Source: Lachnoclostridium sp. UBA5890 | GTDB taxonomy: Bacteria; Bacillota; Clostridia; Lachnospirales; Lachnospiraceae | DNA length: 64,000 nt | Assembly (NCBI GenBank): GCA_002431395.1 | Contig: DJEU01000059.1 | Span: 9,753-73,752 of the forward strand | Direction of reading: 5' to 3' | Shown here: piece after piece, positions 63,136 to 64,000 of the stretch | Position numbering within the stretch: position 1 is the first letter of the stretch | How the letters are laid out: each line of letters begins with the position of its first letter | The notes under the pieces: model-generated | The model's database searches: none | Seen by the model: the letters and a program-made list of their open reading frames with translations, nothing else | Told to the model about the DNA's origin: nothing | Translations under genes and position numbers: made by a program

Positions 63136-64000
63136 TTGCCTTTTCAGATTATTAGAAATGACATAACAAAGGTAAAAGCAGATGCCATAGTAAATACGGC
63201 AAATCCGAACGTTGCCGTTGGCGATGGTGTAGATTCTGCTATATATAAAGTAGCCGGTAAGGAAAAACTTCTTGAAGCCCGTAAGAAGATCGGGCTTCTG
63301 ATGCCTGGAGAAGTAGCAATTACAGATGCCTTTGATCTTGATGCAAAGTATATCATTCATGCAAGTGGTCCATGGTGGACGGATGGAAGCAAAGGCGAGG
63401 AAGCGTGTCTTCGTTCTTGTTATGAAAAAGCTTTGCAGTTGGCAAAAGACCACGGATGTAATTCCATTGCATTTCCGCTTCTTGCCACGGGCACATATGG
63501 TTTTCCGAAGGAGCTTGGAATACAGATTGCCGTTGATACTTTTACAGCTTTCTTGGAAGACAATGACATAGAGATTACGCTTGCTGTATTTGGTAGCGAG
63601 GATGTTACTATTTCCGGTAAGCTTGTAGAAGATGTAGCCAGCTTTGTTGATGACGGCTACGTAGCAACAGCTCTTGCTGAGGAATACCGAAATGACAATT
63701 ATCCGCGTGAAATAGGAAAACGTCCGGAGAGCAGAGTAGGTTCTACAGTGCAATCTTTCCATATACCATCATTCCTGCGAAGAGAAAACAAGGATGAAGA
63801 GGAAGATAGTTTTGATGCGCTTCCTTTAGAGGAAGAGGCTAAAGAAGATGAAGCACCTTCGGTTATGATGCCGGAGTATCTTAAACCGGTTTCCTTTGAA
63901 AAGAAGACAGAGTCTTTAGAGGATGCGTTAAAGGAAATCTATACGGATTCTTTTGAAAAGCATTTACAGCAGCTTATCAATAAAAAGGGGCTTAAAAACT
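63136..64000 (+). CDS. Macro-domain (ADP-ribose binding/hydrolase) protein, 3' end outside the window
   Basis: Not in the ORF track because it is open at the window end. TTG at 63136 follows a GGGAGGTGAGG RBS. My translation is 'LPFQIIRNDITKVKADAIVNTANPNVAVGDGVDSAIYKVAGKEKLLEARKKIG..GEVAITDAFDLDAKYIIHASGPWW...NSIAFPLLATGTYGFPKE', a classic macro-domain pattern. The frame stays open through 64000 with an acidic linker. Confidence 0.8.
   Translation, partial: MPFQIIRNDITKVKADAIVNTANPNVAVGDGVDSAIYKVAGKEKLLEARKKIGLLMPGEVAITDAFDLDAKYIIHASGPWWTDGSKGEEACLRSCYEKALQLAKDHGCNSIAFPLLATGTYGFPKELGIQIAVDTFTAFLEDNDIEITLAVFGSEDVTISGKLVEDVASFVDDGYVATALAEEYRNDNYPREIGKRPESRVGSTVQSFHIPSFLRRENKDEEEDSFDALPLEEEAKEDEAPSVMMPEYLKPVSFEKKTESLEDALKEIYTDSFEKHLQQLINKKGLKN

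Larger units (their letters stand above)
46885..64000. mobile_element. Integrative (possibly conjugative or mobilisable) element inserted downstream of guaA; the left boundary is approximate and the right end lies beyond the window
   Basis: An Xis-like HTH protein and a tyrosine integrase lie next to guaA. They are followed by MobC-like, ParA, ParB and RepA_N genes and a defence cargo. All genes are on the + strand. The region looks more AT-rich than the flanking chromosome by eye (not computed). Confidence 0.8.

Noticed and set aside
63103-63762. 219-aa minus-strand ORF at the end of the window
   Set aside because: It is antisense to the macro-domain reading frame. That frame has a strong RBS, a clear domain signature and stays open to the window end. 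The minus-strand product has no recognisable features.
1-64000. tRNA, rRNA or other canonical RNA genes
   Set aside because: All intergenic regions are short and are explained by promoters and terminators, apart from 38.3-38.6 kb and the 36.4-36.56 kb leader. I saw no cloverleaf-like or rRNA-like sequence. This was not verified with tRNAscan or Infernal.

Overview
This is a low-to-moderate GC Firmicutes (Clostridia) chromosome segment. The xylanolytic gene content and gene order suggest Lachnospiraceae, but that is an inference. Positions 1-46.9 kb are ordinary core and accessory chromosome. They carry rplI-dnaB and a MerR regulator. A MacB/FtsX-type ABC exporter operon follows, with three tandem HlyD-like lipoprotein adaptors. 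There is a glucuronoxylan utilisation cluster (uxaC, GH115, two tandem GH10 xylanases, and a separate GH11 xylanase), then potABCD. The hprK-glcK-murB-rapZ-whiA-crh block is next, followed by dnaE-pfkA. The remaining core genes are hydG with a TM1266-type regulator, an Eda-VOC fusion, truA, an M18 aminopeptidase and guaA. Directly after the guaA terminator (about 46.9 kb) an integrative element begins and runs past the window end. All of its genes are on the + strand and it looks more AT-rich by eye (not computed). It encodes an excisionase-like HTH protein, a tyrosine integrase, a MobC-like protein, ParA, ParB, a RepA_N initiator and a defence cargo. The cargo is an orphan HsdM-like/half-HsdS pair, a complete type I R-M system (hsdM-hsdS-hsdR) with a 12-bp SAEL tandem repeat in hsdS, and a tightly packed tail. 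The tail holds a TIR/SEFIR-like protein whose start overlaps the hsdR stop, a GIY-YIG/DUF4357 protein, a GNAT-like protein and a macro-domain protein cut by the window end. That tail (60.2-64.0 kb) is my best candidate for an undescribed NAD+/ADP-ribose-linked defence module. Other oddities are a 293-bp imperfect long palindrome between hydG and eda, and a terminator-containing leader upstream of the hydrogenase-maturation genes. I recognised no rRNA, tRNA or CRISPR array. All calls come from reading the translations and the DNA by eye; no searches were run.
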